From a virus (lineage: Duplodnaviria; Caudoviricetes): DNA of 27,327 bases. Under the pieces are notes generated by a model. That model saw nothing but the letters and a program-made list of their open reading frames with translations, did not search any database and was not told the origin of the DNA. Position 1 is the first letter of the stretch, and each line of letters starts with the position of its first letter. This document shows, in pieces, positions 25,901 through 27,327 of the stretch. The stretch lies in the IMG/VR virus record IMGVR_UViG_3300017648_000014, positions 1 to 27,327 of that record. One strand, written 5' to 3'. Made by a program: the position numbers and the translations under genes.

Positions 25901-25946
25901 AATATAGGGAAATCGAGTGGAAAATACAAGGGAAATCGACAGGAAA
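25901..25946 (-). promoter_or_regulatory. Near-consensus sigma70 promoter overlapped by direct-repeat operator candidates
   Basis: On the - strand: TTGTAT (25929-25924), 17 bp spacer, TATATT (25906-25901). AGGGAAATCGAnnGGAAA (+ strand) at 25906 and 25929. Confidence 0.75.
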
Positions 25947-25960
25947 GACATCACGAAATA

Positions 25961-26176
25961 TTACAGCGGAATGTCACAAAATCCGCCTGTAATTTTGATG
26001 ATTGATGCATCGTATGCCCAGACAGTTGGTGCCGGCGGGTCACCGTCAGCCCATACAGCCACAATATCAAGCCCACCGTCATCCGCGCGCGGGATGATGT
26101 CGCCGCCGTAGGTTGTGTATCGAGTGCTATCGCTGATGCCGCGGCTGTCTGGAGTAAGCGTTGCCAGCACCCGCAT
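25961..26176 (-). CDS. Hypothetical protein (71 aa)
   Basis: GGAGGAGG SD; TGATG overlap. Confidence 0.65.
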   Translation of the reverse strand: MRVLATLTPDSRGISDSTRYTTYGGDIIPRADDGGLDIVAVWADGDPPAPTVWAYDASIIKITGGFCDIPL

Positions 26177-26397
26177 CACTCCTCCTCCTTGGAGGGCGGG
26201 GAGGGGATATGCCCCGCGCATTTCCACAGGAGCGCCCCGACGAGGAACAGGACGCCTGCCCAACCGTAGTAGGCGGCGACGGCGAACAGCATGGCGGCCA
26301 AGCCGCTCCACTGCACGCCAACGAGAATCTTGTCGTCGGCCTCTAGCGTGTTCCACGCCGTCTTGAGCCGACGCATCGCGTCTCCGGTGTGGCTCAT
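26176..26397 (-). CDS. Small two-TM membrane protein (73 aa)
   Basis: GGAGGGG SD before ATG 26397; hydrophobic hairpin. Confidence 0.7.
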   Translation of the reverse strand: MSHTGDAMRRLKTAWNTLEADDKILVGVQWSGLAAMLFAVAAYYGWAGVLFLVGALLWKCAGHIPSPPSKEEE

Positions 26398-26435
26398 GGC
26401 CGCCCCTCCGTCCCGATATCCTGCCAGGTGGTCAT
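26394..26435 (-). pseudogene. 13-aa micro-ORF MTTWQDIGTEGRP, probable deletion remnant
   Basis: ATGA overlaps at both ends; WQDIGT resembles the WQPIETAP-type N-terminus of common phage proteins. Confidence 0.45.
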
Positions 26436-27175
26436 GGGGCGCGTCCTTCGGCTGAGCGAGGGAATTCACGGCGCATCAGATATTCCGGAATCGGCTTTTT
26501 CCCGGTCATTTGCTTCATGAAAAAGTAGACGCCGGTGCGCTCGCAATCGTTGCGAATATCGACCGCCCAAGCAGGCAACATGAAGCGCGCTCCCGGTCCA
26601 CTCTCGCCGCCACAGATCAACCAATCGGGCTGGTCAGGTCCGTTGTGCAGTCGCAGAGGCCCGATGGCCGGCTCATAGCTGATGAATCGCACCGCAGCTG
26701 GTACGGCATTCAGGGTAGGCCAGCGCCGGTCATAGTTCGTCTGATCTTCGCAGGTCGTGCCGAGCCAGACATTGGCGTAGCCGTCACTCCAGTCGGCCGG
26801 CAGCATCTTGGCGATGTTCTCAGGGCGCTTGGTCAGCAGCAACCAGTCAAGTTCCTGCGTCTGACGGATCAGCGCAAACAGGTCGTCGCGCGCGCCATCC
26901 GGTGCCTTGTTGTCAAATACGTCTGCCAGCGAGGCGCAGAACACGCGCGGACGGGTCCCGGACTGCCGCGCGGCCTTGTTCCATTGCAGCGGCTTCCGCC
27001 AGTTCGACGGCGCCGTTCGCACGCGGGTGCCGTGCGGTCCCCACTGCACTTTGCCGTAACGAGTATCCATCAGCGCTTCGGCGTAACAGTGGTCGCAGCC
27101 CGGCGAAACCTTCTGGCATCCGATCCACGGATTGAAGGTGTGATCGGTCCATTCGATCTTGCTGTTCTCGGCCAT
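26432..27175 (-). CDS. Phage Gp37/Gp68 family protein (DUF5131, radical-SAM-like)
   Basis: SKIEWTDHTFNPWIGCQKVSPGCDHCYAE, VFCASLADVF, LLLTKRPEN, NVWLGTT.EDQ, RFISYEP, W.I.GGESGPGAR and FFMKQ motifs. Confidence 0.95.
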   Translation of the reverse strand: MAENSKIEWTDHTFNPWIGCQKVSPGCDHCYAEALMDTRYGKVQWGPHGTRVRTAPSNWRKPLQWNKAARQSGTRPRVFCASLADVFDNKAPDGARDDLFALIRQTQELDWLLLTKRPENIAKMLPADWSDGYANVWLGTTCEDQTNYDRRWPTLNAVPAAVRFISYEPAIGPLRLHNGPDQPDWLICGGESGPGARFMLPAWAVDIRNDCERTGVYFFMKQMTGKKPIPEYLMRREFPRSAEGRAP

Positions 27176-27217
27176 TACACCCACCCCCATGAACGTGAAC
27201 GGGGGAGGTGGGATGGT

Positions 27218-27327
27218 GGCACAGTTTCGGCACAGATTGAGCCGTCAGTTGCTAAAACGTTCACGGTTTTCCTCCATCAAAATCAACGTTAAGTCATTGA
27301 TTTTATGAAGGGCGCTCCCGTTTACAC
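27218..27327 (+). other. Putative att arm and start of the core (attR/attP), probably tRNA-Val(TAC)-derived
   Basis: GGCACAG twice at 11-bp spacing (27218, 27229); IHF consensus AATCAATGACTTA on the - strand (27302-27290); window ends in CGTTTACAC, resembling a tRNA-Val anticodon loop. Confidence 0.55.

Larger units (their letters stand above)
1..27327. mobile_element. P22-like temperate phage/prophage (partial; continues left of the window, probable att end at right edge)
   Basis: Gene order nin/replication, terminase, portal, scaffold, coat, gp4, gp10, ejection proteins, tailspike, lysis. No tape measure or sheath genes. att-like signals at 27218-27327. Confidence 0.95.

Noticed and set aside
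25908-25946. Canonical LexA (SOS) box
   Set aside because: The half-sites read GAAA rather than GAAC; kept only as a generic operator candidate.
27309-27327. Complete tRNA gene
   Set aside because: Only an anticodon-loop-like 9-mer is present, and the upstream sequence lacks a D-arm (no TAGCTCAG-like motif).

Overview
This is the right-hand ~27 kb of a P22-like (podovirus-type) temperate phage or prophage from a GC-rich alphaproteobacterium; the GapR homolog and several small genes point tentatively to Nitrobacteraceae/Bradyrhizobium-like hosts. The + strand carries the end of a recombination/nin module (SSB-like, NinB, HNH, GapR/DUF2312), a replication initiator with an internal iteron origin, and a DUF6456-like putative late regulator. 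A full P22-order morphogenesis operon follows: TerS, TerL, portal, scaffold, coat, gp4, gp10, a gp26-position fibre and three ejection proteins, one with an M15 peptidase. After it come an antisense two-gene moron with its own hidden promoter, a three-gene tail fibre/tailspike module and a GH19 lysis cassette with no recognisable spanin. The - strand right arm has two operons of small early or accessory genes, one led by Gp37/Gp68 (DUF5131). The window ends in an att-like site with arm repeats, an IHF consensus and a probable tRNA-Val anticodon-loop core. All family calls come from motif recognition and synteny, not database searches.
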